A stretch of 64,000 nt of DNA from an uncultured Gemmatimonadales bacterium (GCA_963708135.1 OY970192.1:5056001-5120000), one strand, 5' to 3'. Positions 37,868 to 48,142 are shown, counted from the stretch's first letter. Numbers and translations: made by a program. Notes: generated by a model from the letters alone, not told the origin.

Positions 37868-40159
37868 CTATTCGTCCGCCAGGAAGTGCTCCGCCAGTGC
37901 CTCCTCGATCCCCCTGAATCCCCCCGAGCGCGCGTAGATCCAGGGCACCCCGGCCGCATCACACTCCTTGCGCAGCCGCTCCGACACGTCGTGCCCCGAG
38001 AACTGCCAGCGGAAGACGACGGCGGCGTAGCTGCCATTCGCGATCTTCTGCGCCAGCGCGTCGAGCGGTGCGCTCTCGCCGCGGAACACCTCGCCGAACT
38101 CGACGCTGGCGCCGGTCAGCTCGCGCAGCCGCTCCTCGTGGCCCTCGCGCTTGAGGCCGCCGAGGATGAGGATGCGGCGGTTGAGGAGCGCCTCGCGCAG
38201 GCGGTCCGCGCGGCGCTCCCGGTCGGTGGCGCGCCACTCGGCCAGGGAGCCGGCCTCGGCCCAGGCGCGCTCGACGCGCGAGGTCGCCTCGCGCAGCAGC
38301 TCGGGCGTGGGGCCGCCCTCGAGGACGGCGAGGCCGGTGGCGCGCTCGACGGCGTCGCTCGCGGCATCCAGGTCGCCGGTGGCGAGGGCGGCGTAGGCCA
38401 GCTCCACGAGCAGCGAGACCGCCTCGCCGCCCCGGCCCATGCCCACCAGCCGGTCCACGGCGCGGTGATAGACGCGGTCGCGCTCGTCGCGCGGCAGCGC
38501 GGGCGTGGCCTGTCGCAGTCGGGCGAGCGCCTCCTCGACCTGGGCGCGTGCCAGCAGGTTGGCCACGCGGTGGCTCACGAGCCCCGCCAGCTCCGGCTCC
38601 TCCGCGCCCGCGTCCGCCAGCTCGATCAGCACGTCCGCCAGCGGCGCGGCGTCGGACCGGAGCGCGCGGCGCCGGTCGGTCACGAAGGCGGCGGCGCGCG
38701 CGGCGTCCCCCGTCGCCATGAAGAAGTTGCGGGCGGTGTCCGCGATGAGCTCGGGCGAGGTGAGCCGGCCGGCGGTGCGCTCGAGCACGGCCAGCACGTC
38801 CGGCTCCTCGGGCAGCGTGGCGGCGAGCTCGCGCACGATCCGGTCGAGCAGCGGCGGCTCCAGCCGGTCGAGCTCGGCGAGGAGCCGCGGCAGAACGTCG
38901 CCCTCCGAGAAGTCGAGGCCGGCCACGAGCGCCGCCGCGGCCGGCGCGGCACCGCGCAGCGCGGAGAGCCGGAAGAGGGTGAAACGCGCGCCGTCGTGCA
39001 GCCGCTCCGGCTCGAGCGCCGAGAGCGTCTCGTAGGCCGCCGCGTCGTTCCCCGTCTCCGCCAGCAGCATGCCCCGCCGCTCGAGTACGCGCGACTCGGT
39101 GGGCAGCAGCACTGCGAACGCCTCCAGCACCGCCAGCTCCCGCTCCGCCCCGGGCGCCAGCGAGCGCCGCACCACGTCGTAGAGCCGGAGCAGCGCGTCG
39201 GCCGTTGTGCCGCCTGCGGCCCGGGTGCCTGGCACCGCACCGGCTCCGCCCGCGCCGCCCTCCTCGCCCGCCGCGCCCGCGCCCCTCTCCCGCGTCGCGG
39301 CTCCCGCACCCTCGCGCGCCGCCGGGAATCGCAGCGCGAGCGCCGGGTGCTCCGCCGGGTCCGGTGTCACGCGCAGCGCGAGCTCGCCGCCGGGCCCCGT
39401 CGCCTGAAGCCGGATGGCGACGCTCCCCTCCGCCAGCACCGGCGCCTCCCGCTCGACCCGCAGCAGCCGCCGGTCCGCCTGGCACTCCAGCCGGTGCCCC
39501 GCCAGCTCCGCCTCCGTCAGGTGCGGGTTGTGGAAGCCGACGACCAGCTCCGCCTCCTCGCCCGCCGGCAGCGGCTCGCGCCGTGCCCGGTGCAGCTCGC
39601 CCCCGATCCGCACCCCGACCGGGCTGTAGAAGACCGTGCGCGCGTAGGCCGGCTCCTCGCTCGACAACGACAGATCCAGCACCCCGTCCACCACCCGCCG
39701 CCACCCTTCCTCCTCCCGCTCGTCGTACCAGCGCTCGAGGGGATGAACATCGCGCCGCCGCGCCACGAACTTCTCCCCCGGCACCGCGCCCGGGTCCGCC
39801 TGCCGGACCGCCGCCGTGAACGCCGCCAGGTCGCCGTCGGGCGGGCCCGTCCAGTCCCCCAGCGCCAGCCACAGCCGCAGCGACGTGTCCTCCCACCGAG
39901 CCTCCACCACCTCCGCCTCCCGCACCGGAAGGAACAGCGCGTACGGCCGGTCCGTCAGCAGTACCAGCGCGCGCGTCCCCGGCTCGATCGTCCCCGCCTC
40001 GTAGCACTCCGCCGCCACCCACGACCGGTTCCACGCCAGCTCCACCATGCCGCCCCGCTCCGCCGCCAGCAGGTGCAGGTTCTGCCGGCGGTACAGCGGA
40101 CGCCGCGAGGCCTTGAAGAGGAGGAGCGTCGCCGGGGTGTTTCCGGGAGGGCTGAACAT
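37868..40159 (-). CDS. Hypothetical 763-aa protein: helical (TPR-like) middle and DUF2325-like C-terminus
   Basis: Long ORF with host-like codon bias; C-terminal RRILILGG...VVFRWQFSGHDVS...CDAAGVPWIYA resembles DUF2325. Confidence 0.7.
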   Translation of the reverse strand: MFSPPGNTPATLLLFKASRRPLYRRQNLHLLAAERGGMVELAWNRSWVAAECYEAGTIEPGTRALVLLTDRPYALFLPVREAEVVEARWEDTSLRLWLALGDWTGPPDGDLAAFTAAVRQADPGAVPGEKFVARRRDVHPLERWYDEREEEGWRRVVDGVLDLSLSSEEPAYARTVFYSPVGVRIGGELHRARREPLPAGEEAELVVGFHNPHLTEAELAGHRLECQADRRLLRVEREAPVLAEGSVAIRLQATGPGGELALRVTPDPAEHPALALRFPAAREGAGAATRERGAGAAGEEGGAGGAGAVPGTRAAGGTTADALLRLYDVVRRSLAPGAERELAVLEAFAVLLPTESRVLERRGMLLAETGNDAAAYETLSALEPERLHDGARFTLFRLSALRGAAPAAAALVAGLDFSEGDVLPRLLAELDRLEPPLLDRIVRELAATLPEEPDVLAVLERTAGRLTSPELIADTARNFFMATGDAARAAAFVTDRRRALRSDAAPLADVLIELADAGAEEPELAGLVSHRVANLLARAQVEEALARLRQATPALPRDERDRVYHRAVDRLVGMGRGGEAVSLLVELAYAALATGDLDAASDAVERATGLAVLEGGPTPELLREATSRVERAWAEAGSLAEWRATDRERRADRLREALLNRRILILGGLKREGHEERLRELTGASVEFGEVFRGESAPLDALAQKIANGSYAAVVFRWQFSGHDVSERLRKECDAAGVPWIYARSGGFRGIEEALAEHFLADE

Positions 40160-40506
40160 GGTCTCAATCTCTCATGGCGACGGCGCCTCGCGCCATGCCG
40201 GGCGCGGAATCCCCCGCAGCCGCAGGCCGACGGGGCAGTTCGAGGATTCAGGAATTCGTGAATCGCGGTCGCGGGAGGCGCGCCGCGACCGCACGGGGGT
40301 CGCGCAACGCGACGCGTCCCGAAAACGGCTGCGCGCGTGAGCAGCGCACCCGCACACGCAGCCGCACCCGAACACGGCACACGCACACGGGTCCAATCCT
40401 CCACCCGGCGCGAAGTGACAACCGACACCCGGAGGTCAACGTCGGGGCCGCCGATTTGCCCTCGACACGGTGCCCTGCCGAGATTGCGCGCGAAAGCGAG
40501 GCGCGC

Positions 40507-42231
40507 GTGAGCAACAGGTTCGTTGGCCGCCCGGAAGCCGGGCCGGGGGAGTCATCCGCCGCCGTGGAATCGGCGGCGAGGGGCGCCACGCGCCGCGCGT
40601 TCCTGGCGGATGCCCTCTGCGCCGCCTGCGCCCTCGCCCTCGCCCCGCTGCGGAGCCTGGTGGGCCCGCGGACCGGGAGGCGCGCGGGCGGTCTCCGGGC
40701 GGCGTCGCCTGCGGCGGTGCCGTTGCAGGCGACGGGGCCCGTCACGCCGCCGGCGCCCTACGGCCCGCTCCCCACGCCGCGTCAGCTTCGCTGGCACGCG
40801 ATGGAGCTCACCGGCTTCCTGCACTTCGGCGTGAACACGTTCACGGACCGGGAGTGGGGCTACGGCGACGAGTCGCCATCACTCTTCGCTCCGACGGATT
40901 TCGACGCCGACCAGATCGTCGAGGCGGCGCGCGCGGGCGGCATGAAGGGGCTGATCCTCACCTGCAAGCACCACGACGGCTTCTGCCTCTGGCCGTCGCG
41001 CTACACGCGCCACTCGGTGGCGGCGAGCCCGTGGCGCGGCGGCAGGGGCGACGTGGTGAGAGAGGTCTCGCGCGCGTGCGAGCGGCAGGGGCTGCGCTTC
41101 GGCGTCTACCTCTCCCCCTGGGACCGGAACCGCGCCGACTACGGCCGCCCGAGCTACCTGGCGTACTACCGCAATCAGCTCCGCGAGCTGCTCACGGGCT
41201 ACGGCCCCATCTACGAGGTCTTCTTCGACGGCGCGAACGGCGGCGACGGCTTCTACGGCGGCGCCCGCGAGACCCGGCGCATCGACCGGAAGACGTACTA
41301 CGACTGGCCGGACACCTGGGGGCTCGTGCGCGAGCTGCAGCCCGACGCGGTGATGTTCAGCGACGCCGGGCCCGACGTCCGCTGGGTCGGCAACGAGCGG
41401 GGCGAGGCCGGCGAGACCTGCTGGGCGACGCTGGACCGCGCCGACTTCGTCCCCGGCGACGCCGACGCCGCCCGCCTCGTCCGCGGCGACCGCCCCGGCA
41501 CCGACTGGGTCCCGCCCGAGAGCGACGTCTCGATCCGCCCGGGCTGGTTCTACCACGCCGTGGAGAACGGGAAGGTGAAGAGCCCCGAGGGGCTGGTCGA
41601 GCTCTACTTCACGTCCGTCGGCCGCGGCGCCTCGCTGCTGCTCAACGTGCCGCCCGACCGCCGCGGCCGCATCCACGAGACCGACGCCCGGGCGCTCCTC
41701 GGCTTCCGCCAGGCCCTCGATGCGACGTTCTCCAGCGACCTCGCCGCGCGCGCCGCCGCCACCGCGAGCAACGAGCGCGGCGGCGGGCGGGATCCGCGCT
41801 TCGTCGCCTCGAACGTGCTGGATGGCCGCCGGGACACCTACTGGGCGAGCGACGACGACGTCCACACCCCCGCGCTCACCCTCGACTTCGGCCGCGACGT
41901 CACGTTCGACGTCATCCGGCTGCGGGAGCACCTGCCGCTGGGGCAGCGCATCGAGGCGTTCGCGCTGGACGCCTGGGCGGCGGGCGGGTGGTCGGAATTC
42001 GCGCGCGGGACGAGCATCGGCAGCTGCCGGCTGGTGCGGGTGGCGCCGACCACCGCCGCGCGGCTGCGCCTGCGGATCGTGAAGGCGCCCGTGTGTCCGG
42101 CGGTGGCGGAGGTGGGGGTGTTCGCCGCGGCGTCGCCGGCGCCGGGTCAGGGCGAGCGGAGCAGCCGTCAGATGGGCTTGACCGCGACCACCTCATCGAG
42201 TCCCGCGAAATCCGCCGGGTTGCGCGTGTAG
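40507..42231 (+). CDS. Alpha-L-fucosidase (GH29) with Tat signal and F5/8-type C-terminal domain
   Basis: TRRAFL Tat motif; FLHFGVNTFTDREWG, LTCKHHDGFCLWP, YLSPWD, SIRPGWFYH, LLLNVPPD. Confidence 0.9.
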   Translation: MSNRFVGRPEAGPGESSAAVESAARGATRRAFLADALCAACALALAPLRSLVGPRTGRRAGGLRAASPAAVPLQATGPVTPPAPYGPLPTPRQLRWHAMELTGFLHFGVNTFTDREWGYGDESPSLFAPTDFDADQIVEAARAGGMKGLILTCKHHDGFCLWPSRYTRHSVAASPWRGGRGDVVREVSRACERQGLRFGVYLSPWDRNRADYGRPSYLAYYRNQLRELLTGYGPIYEVFFDGANGGDGFYGGARETRRIDRKTYYDWPDTWGLVRELQPDAVMFSDAGPDVRWVGNERGEAGETCWATLDRADFVPGDADAARLVRGDRPGTDWVPPESDVSIRPGWFYHAVENGKVKSPEGLVELYFTSVGRGASLLLNVPPDRRGRIHETDARALLGFRQALDATFSSDLAARAAATASNERGGGRDPRFVASNVLDGRRDTYWASDDDVHTPALTLDFGRDVTFDVIRLREHLPLGQRIEAFALDAWAAGGWSEFARGTSIGSCRLVRVAPTTAARLRLRIVKAPVCPAVAEVGVFAAASPAPGQGERSSRQMGLTATTSSSPAKSAGLRV

Positions 42232-42569
42232 AGCGGCAGGTGGTTCGCGACGGCGGTCGCCGCGATCAGGAGATCGGCCAGGCGCGCGCGGCTCGATCGG
42301 CCCGTGGCACGGACGGCCGCGAAGATCCGCCCGTACGCGCGCGCTGCGTCCCCATCGAACGGGAGGGCATCCCAGGTCGCGGCGGCCCACTGCAGCCGAT
42401 CCTGCCGCCGCGCCCGCTCGAGCTCGTCGGCCGTGGCGTGAGGCCCGGCGGCCAGCTCCGCCAGCGTTACCGCGGCGATCGCCGTCTCTTCCGGCAGGAG
42501 CTCCGGGTCGATCACGTCAAGATCGATCACGACCGACGTGTCCAGGAGACCGCTCGGCGGCTCAGCCAT
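42168..42569 (-). CDS. VapC PIN-domain toxin
   Basis: LLDTSVVI, VTLAEL, ADLLIAATA, LYTRNPADF. Confidence 0.9.
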   Translation of the reverse strand: MAEPPSGLLDTSVVIDLDVIDPELLPEETAIAAVTLAELAAGPHATADELERARRQDRLQWAAATWDALPFDGDAARAYGRIFAAVRATGRSSRARLADLLIAATAVANHLPLYTRNPADFAGLDEVVAVKPI

Positions 42570-42813
42570 CGACCGACGAATCGATGACCGCGTCCACCTC
42601 ACGCCGGAACCGCGCCGCATCGATCCGGGGCGCGCCCACGGCCGCCTCGGCAATGCTCGCGCGCGGCACGAACCGCCTTGGCTGGATCGGCCTCAGCTCC
42701 GCGACCGGCGTCCCGTTGCGCGTCACGATCACGACCTGCCCCGCCTGCACCTCGCGCAGCACCGCCGCGGATTCGTTGCGCAGCTCTCGCTGCGTGACCG
42801 TTCGTCTCTTCAT
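42562..42813 (-). CDS. Phd/YefM-family antitoxin
   Basis: VTQRELRN...VIVTRNGTPVAEL; overlaps the vapC start. Confidence 0.9.
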   Translation of the reverse strand: MKRRTVTQRELRNESAAVLREVQAGQVVIVTRNGTPVAELRPIQPRRFVPRASIAEAAVGAPRIDAARFRREVDAVIDSSVDG

Positions 42814-42821
42814 GGCGTCCA

Positions 42822-42839
42822 ATGTAGCACATGTAGCAC
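42822..42839 (-). promoter_or_regulatory. Putative antitoxin operator (tandem TGTAGCAC)
   Basis: ATGTAGCAC ATGTAGCAC immediately upstream of the antitoxin start. Confidence 0.45.
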
Positions 42840-42917
42840 GCCGGACCAAGATTGTCCGGCCGCAAGACAGCCGGGCACGGGTCACGGGCAGCGGCACGGA
42901 AGACGGGCAGAACGAGC

Positions 42918-43217
42918 CTACGACTCCCGGACCGTCAGCGCGGGGACGCTGCGGAAGGAGCGCGCGTTTCCGGTGACGATCTCGTCGCCCCGGAAGAGCG
43001 CCGTGCTGGCAATCAGGAGGTCGGAGGTGGGGAGGCGAGTCCCCTCCTTTCGCAGGCTCGCGTCCACCTCGGCGAAGATCCGCATGACGGGCAGGGTGAT
43101 CGCGACGACCGGCACCGCGGCCAGCAACGACTCCACGAACTCCTCCCGGCGCGCCCGACGTTGCGGACTCTCCGCGCGCCAGCAGCCATGAAGCAGCTCG
43201 CCCGCGCTCCTGGCCAT
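42918..43217 (-). pseudogene. 5'-truncated VapC PIN toxin
   Basis: SAGELLHG...SDLLIASTAL...VTGNARSF present, but the N-terminal DT motif and a cognate antitoxin are missing. Confidence 0.7.
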
Positions 43218-43241
43218 CGCTGGATGCGGTACGCCGCGGCG

Positions 43242-43268
43242 TTGACATGCGGCAAGCATGCTGTCATG
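43242..43268 (+). promoter_or_regulatory. Promoter/operator of the FitA-like TA operon
   Basis: TTGACA overlapping palindromic CATGC-GGCAA-GCATG; near-identical copy at 63844. Confidence 0.5.
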
Positions 43269-43276
43269 TTTTGCGC

Positions 43277-43507
43277 ATGTCTAAGATGATCCAGGTCCGC
43301 AACGTGCCCGACGCCTTGCACCGCACGCTCAAGGCGCGCGCAGCCCTCGCCGGGATGTCGCTGTCGGACTACCTGCTGGCGGAGCTCGAGCGGGCGGCGG
43401 CGCGGCCCACCGCCGATGAGATGCGCGCGCGGCTGGCATCGCGGGAGCCCGTCGAGCCCGGCACGCCGGTGGTCGAGGCGGTCCGAGCGGAGCGCGACGC
43501 GCATTGA
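43277..43507 (+). CDS. Ribbon-helix-helix antitoxin (FitA/VapB-like)
   Basis: MIQVRNVPDALHRTLKARAALAGMSLSDYL. Confidence 0.88.
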   Translation: MSKMIQVRNVPDALHRTLKARAALAGMSLSDYLLAELERAAARPTADEMRARLASREPVEPGTPVVEAVRAERDAH

Positions 43508-43893
43508 TCGTCGTCGACGCCTCCGCGGTGCTCGAGCTGCTGCTCCGGACGCAGGCGGCCGAGGCGGTGGAGGCCCGGCTGCTCTCGGGCGAGGCGTTGC
43601 ACGCGCCGCACCTGCTCGACGTCGAGATCGCGCAGGTGCTGAGGCGCTACTGCCGGGCGGGCCAGCTCGGCGCCGCGCGCGCCGCCGAGGCGCTGGCCGA
43701 TCTCGCCGACCTCCGCATCGAGCGCCATCCACACGACCTCTTCCTGCCGCGCATCTGGGCCCTCCGCGACAACCTCACCGCATACGACGCCGCCTACGTC
43801 GCGCTCGCCGAGGCGCTGGACGCGCCGCTGCTCACACGGGACCGGCGCCTGGCCGGCGCGGCCGGACACGGGGCGCGGGTGGAGGTGGTGTGA
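43504..43893 (+). CDS. VapC PIN-domain toxin
   Basis: IVVDASA, APHLLDVE, NLTAYDAAYVALAE, LLTRDRRL. Confidence 0.92.
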   Translation: MIVVDASAVLELLLRTQAAEAVEARLLSGEALHAPHLLDVEIAQVLRRYCRAGQLGAARAAEALADLADLRIERHPHDLFLPRIWALRDNLTAYDAAYVALAEALDAPLLTRDRRLAGAAGHGARVEVV

Positions 43894-44161
43894 AGGGGCG
43901 GCTCGCGCTGCCCGAGGTCGCCGGCTCCCGGGGCCAGGGGCGGGTGGAGCGTGCGCGACGTCGCCTGGGGGTCCGTCCAGCTCGTCGTCCGAGGCTCCAG
44001 GAATGAGAACGGAAGGCGTGGTCATGGACTGGCGAGGAACCACCGTGCCCGGGACGCATCCTGGCATGAGAGATCTCGCAAGGGGCGCCTGCCCCCACGG
44101 TGGTCAACGAGATCTCGCTCGGTTGGCGGGATGCCTCTCGTCGTCGGTGGCGAGCATCGTG

Positions 44162-44596
44162 CTACTCCTGCAGCACGTCCATTCCCAGCGTTCGCGCCGC
44201 GTCGGCCAACGCGCCATCGAACACCGCGAAACGGAACTCCGCGGCTCCGCCGACACGCGTCCATATGGCTTCCGCCGCGGCGAGATGGACGCTGTCGTAT
44301 CCGCGCAGCCGAAGCTCCACCGCGAGATCCCCCGCCCGCCGCACGAGCGGCCAGTCCGCTTCGATCACATCGAGCTCAGCCCACGTGCGCTCCAGGTCGG
44401 CGAGGAGGCCCTGAATCGCTCGCGGCCCGAGGCCGCGCGCCCGGCCACCGCGCGCCAGCGCGGCGCATGCCTCAGCGTAGCCGATCATATGGCAGCCCCG
44501 AAACTCCGCCTGCTCCGCCGCCTCGCGCACTAGCGTCAACCCCGGCTCATCGGAGAACAGCTTCACGAGCGCCGACGTGTCGAAATAGACGATCAC
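44162..44596 (-). CDS. VapC PIN-domain toxin
   Basis: YFDTSALVKL, LRGYDSVHLAAA, FAVFD. Confidence 0.9.
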   Translation of the reverse strand: MIVYFDTSALVKLFSDEPGLTLVREAAEQAEFRGCHMIGYAEACAALARGGRARGLGPRAIQGLLADLERTWAELDVIEADWPLVRRAGDLAVELRLRGYDSVHLAAAEAIWTRVGGAAEFRFAVFDGALADAARTLGMDVLQE

Positions 44597-44880
44597 CCAC
44601 GGTCCTCACTGACGATCTCCGCCAGCGTCTTCCTGCCCGCCCGATGCGCCAGGGCCTCGCGCGCCCCGAGGGGTGTCCGCCCCGCCGCTCCGGGCCGGAT
44701 CCAGGGAAGCTTGCGCAGCCTCTCCGCTACGCCCGCCTCCGGTGTCGCCGGCACCTCTCCCGGGCCCACGATGCGGGCGACCGGCTTTCCACGGCTCGTG
44801 ACGACGACCACCTCTCCCTTCTGCACCCGGCGCAGATACTCGGAGAGCCGTGCCTTCAGATCGCGGACCGACACATCCAT
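44593..44880 (-). CDS. Phd/YefM-family antitoxin
   Basis: VSVRDLKARLSEYLRRV...VVTSRGKPVARI; RBS GGAGG. Confidence 0.9.
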   Translation of the reverse strand: MDVSVRDLKARLSEYLRRVQKGEVVVVTSRGKPVARIVGPGEVPATPEAGVAERLRKLPWIRPGAAGRTPLGAREALAHRAGRKTLAEIVSEDRG

Positions 44881-44994
44881 GGCGCCCCTCCTTGTGGTCA
44901 CGCAGCTCCTTAATGTAGTCACGGTGTGGAGGGATGTCGAGAGGTTCGGCCGGACAACCCCTGCGCTGCCTCATGAACCGCGCGCGGGGGGGAG

Positions 44995-45140
44995 CGGCGG
45001 CCGGACATTTCTGCGCTCCCGTCGCCTTCCCGCCGACGCTCTCGCACTTATGGCCGCTATGCGGCCCAAAGTCCCCGTCGGTCCGCGCCGCCGCCGGCGC
45101 GCCGGGACTTTGGTCCGCATGGCGGCCATTTCTGCAAGGC
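44995..45140. repeat. Inverted copy of the palindromic element at 18150-18295
   Basis: GCCGCTATGCGGCCCAAAGTCCC...GGGACTTTGGTCCGCATGGCGGC with shared GCAGAAATGTCCG and CCTTGCAGAAA flanks. Confidence 0.75.
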
Positions 45141-45213
45141 GGCTCCACAGCCCTCGGCGATACGGCAGTTCGGTCCGCCTTCGGGGCGCCGATCCGCCGG
45201 GCCGGCTCCCGAG

Positions 45214-47595
45214 CTACGCGGGTGGTGGCCTTGGCTCACGAATGTGATGCACGCCTCGCACGCCTGGACTCGCGGGCCGGGCGCGCAGGGGGCGTGGTGG
45301 CGGCGCGGAACGCCGGGTGGCTGCCGCGAGCCGGAGCGCCGCGAACCGCACGTACCTGCGCGCGTCCGCGGGCGCCAGCACCTCCGCCTCGCCCCCGTAC
45401 TGCAGGATGTGACGCGCCAGCCAGTCGAGGTCCGCCAGCGGGTGCCAGGCGACGAGGCCGTCGTCCGGCTCGCGAGTCCCCTCCACCCGCTCGCCGATCC
45501 AGGGCGCCACGCGCGCGGAGTAGCGGACGCGCACGCGCCCGACGCCGGTCCCGCCGAATACGCCGCCTTCCGCGGTGGTGAACGCGGCGAGGTCGAGGTC
45601 GGCCGGCGGGGTGAAGGCCTCGTCGCATGGCTCGGCGCGCAGCACCCGGTCCATGCGAAAGACCCGGCGACCTCGATTGGCATCGTCCGCGAGCACGTAC
45701 CAGTGCCCCTCCGCGAAGAGCAGTCGGTAGGGCGCGATGCGCCGCCAGCCCGGCGCCGCCGCGTCCGGCTTCAGGTACTCGATCCGGCACCAGCGCCGCT
45801 CCCGCGAGGCGGCGGCGACGACCCCATCGAGCATCTCCCCGGCCAGATCGAAGGCGACGGAGCCGCCTCCGTCCTCCGGGGCCGATCCACGATCCCGCGC
45901 CACTCCGTCCACCGGCGCGGCGCCATCGCGTGGCGCCATTCCGCCCTCCGGCACCACTCCCCCGCGCGGCACGGCTCCGCCGTCCGGCGGAACGCGGCGC
46001 CGGGCGAGAAGCCGCTCGAGCGAGGCGGCCAGCGAACGAAGCGCCGTGGCGCGGCCCGGGCCCGTCTGCGCAGCGAGCGCCCGCAGCGCGAGCGACAGCG
46101 CGACCGCTTCCCGAGCCGTCAGCCGCGGCGGCCGCGTGAATTCGCCCGGCGCGTGCACCTCCACGCGCCCATCCTCGATCAGGATCTGCAGGTCTCCCGG
46201 CGCGCCCGGCTCGAGGTAGTACGCGCGGTCCGCCAGCTCCTGGAGGTCGCGCAGCAGCGCGGGCACCGATGCACCGGTCCGCGATGCCAGCTCCGCCAGG
46301 GCGACGCCGCCCGGCCGCCGCGCCCGCGGCAGGATATCGAGGAGCCGCGTGAGGCGGTCGGCCGCCGTCGCGCGGCCGGACCCCCGATCGGCCGGCTCCG
46401 ACCTGGGCTGCAGCCCGTCCGGGCGCGCCGACTCCGGGCGCGCGCTCTCGCGCGACCGCGCCTCGCGCTCCGCCAATGGCGGCCCGGCGTGCGCCCGCGC
46501 GACGCGCAGGGCGAGGCGACGGAGCTCGACGCGAAGGGCGGGCGGCTCCACCACCTCCGCCGCGCCCAGCCACGCGGCCAGCCAGCGCACGAACGGCTCG
46601 GGGCGGCGGACCTCGAAGAGCCGCACCGCCGAGCCGTCCGCCCGCCGCTCCACGAGCTGGCCGTGCCCGCCGCGCGCGGCCAGCAGCGAGGCAGGGTAGT
46701 GGAAGAGGAGGGTGACCGGCAGCGTCGCCTGCGGGGAGCCCAGCTCCCACGCCGAGCGGCCGAGGTACGACTCGATCCGGAAGTCGCGCGGCACCTCGAA
46801 GGCCACGCCATCAGCCTCCGGGCCCGCGGGCACCAGCGCGCGGATCCGGCCAACCCGGAACGTCCGCACCTCGCCCGTCCCGCCGCCGGTCGCGCCCACG
46901 GCGTACCACTGCCCCGCCCGGAAGAACAGCCCGTACGGCGCGAGCACGCGCACTCCCGGCCGGCCGCCCGCGGGCGCTGCGTAGGTGAAGCGAACCGTGC
47001 GCCGGCTGAGGAGCGTCTCGCACAGCGCCGGCATCCACGCCGCCGCCGCGACCGCGTCGGGCGGGGGGACGATGACGGGCGCCCCGTCGCCGCCGTCAAC
47101 CAGCGGCAGATCGAACGTCAGCTTGCGCAGCGCGCCGGCGAGCGGCGCGGCCAGGGGAAAGCCGGGGATGGACTCCGCGCCGGCGAGCGCCCGGGCGACG
47201 GCATCGGCCTCCCGCCGCGGCAGCTCGACCTCCGCCACCGCCGCCCGGCCACCGGGTCGTTCCGTGGCGCCCTCTCCGCCGTTCACGAGACGCAGCACCG
47301 GCAGGTAGAGGTCGCGCCGGTCGAGCACGTAGCCCGCGCTGCCCGCATCGCCCGCGCGCGCCCGATCCTCGACGGTCCGGATCGGGATGCCCGCCTCCCG
47401 CAGCTCGGCCAGGTCGCGCTCGAAGGTCCGCTGCGCGCTGGCCTCCGCCCGGGGCGTCCCGGGCGCGCGGAGGCACCGGTAGCCCGGCAGTGCGTCGAGC
47501 AGCACCTCCGCGGCGACCGGCATCCGGTGTGCGAGGAGGAGCGCGACGAGGTCGAAGAAGCGCTGGAGCTTGGTGGGCGGAGGCATCGGTGCCAT
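45214..47595 (-). CDS. Fused PafB-PafC-like transcriptional regulator (2 x [wHTH-WYL-WCX])
   Basis: PafB-like RTFERDLAELREAGIPI with WYL (PYGLF...WYAVG...RTFRVGRI), then PafC-like RLTRLLDILP...LLRDLQEL with a second WYL (PYRLL...HWYV...VFRMDRV) and WCX (ILQYGGEAEVLAP). Confidence 0.88.
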   Translation of the reverse strand: MAPMPPPTKLQRFFDLVALLLAHRMPVAAEVLLDALPGYRCLRAPGTPRAEASAQRTFERDLAELREAGIPIRTVEDRARAGDAGSAGYVLDRRDLYLPVLRLVNGGEGATERPGGRAAVAEVELPRREADAVARALAGAESIPGFPLAAPLAGALRKLTFDLPLVDGGDGAPVIVPPPDAVAAAAWMPALCETLLSRRTVRFTYAAPAGGRPGVRVLAPYGLFFRAGQWYAVGATGGGTGEVRTFRVGRIRALVPAGPEADGVAFEVPRDFRIESYLGRSAWELGSPQATLPVTLLFHYPASLLAARGGHGQLVERRADGSAVRLFEVRRPEPFVRWLAAWLGAAEVVEPPALRVELRRLALRVARAHAGPPLAEREARSRESARPESARPDGLQPRSEPADRGSGRATAADRLTRLLDILPRARRPGGVALAELASRTGASVPALLRDLQELADRAYYLEPGAPGDLQILIEDGRVEVHAPGEFTRPPRLTAREAVALSLALRALAAQTGPGRATALRSLAASLERLLARRRVPPDGGAVPRGGVVPEGGMAPRDGAAPVDGVARDRGSAPEDGGGSVAFDLAGEMLDGVVAAASRERRWCRIEYLKPDAAAPGWRRIAPYRLLFAEGHWYVLADDANRGRRVFRMDRVLRAEPCDEAFTPPADLDLAAFTTAEGGVFGGTGVGRVRVRYSARVAPWIGERVEGTREPDDGLVAWHPLADLDWLARHILQYGGEAEVLAPADARRYVRFAALRLAAATRRSAPPPRPLRARPASPGVRGVHHIREPRPPPA

Positions 47596-47713
47596 TTCGG
47601 GATGAGGGGCTGGCCGTGCGGGTCCATGGGTATCGCCGGAATGACCGGCGGACAAGGACGACATCGCCGAGCGGGGCGGGTACCCGCCGCTGGCGCTGCC
47701 GTTTCGCGCTCAC

Positions 47714-47735
47714 TGTCGGTGGGTCCTCTTACGTT
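47714..47735 (+). promoter_or_regulatory. PafBC-type (RecA-NDp-like) promoter motif oriented toward the cas operon
   Basis: TGTCGG-tgggtcctct-TA-cgt-T is an exact TGTCGG-N10-TA-N3-T, about 120 bp from the PafBC-like gene start. Confidence 0.65.
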
Positions 47736-48142
47736 GTGGAGCGTGGACGGTGAAGCCGCCGGCGGGCGGCGGCGTTGACCGCGGCGACGTCGCCATCGAT
47801 TCTCTTGCGCGGATCCGGAAGCGGGACTACCCTGGGCTGTGGCGCTGGCGTTCGAAAGAAACCGTCGGCGCCGCGTTCCCCGGCCGCGATTCCGCTCTGA
47901 CCCCCTCCGGACGAGTCGATGGCCGCAACCGCCGGTCGCGCCAGCAGTGGCGCGACCGACGCGTGTCCGCCGCCTGCGCTCTGACCAAGGGTTCCGTAGG
48001 TGAACGTCCGACACTGGCCTCTTCGACCTATCGGGCCCGAAGAATGGGCGGGGTAACGCCCTCGGAGGTCCGAAGGAGGGCCGGTGATTTTTCGTGCCGC
48101 TCGACCTCATGAATTCGTTGACCCTGGACATGGAGTGAACCA

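Noticed and set aside
47993..48013. PafBC-like motif on the minus strand toward the WYL gene
   Set aside because: Spacing is N9 and the last base mismatches
47750..48112. 120-aa ORF between the WYL gene and csb1
   Set aside because: No recognisable domain, and composition typical of GC-rich spurious ORFs
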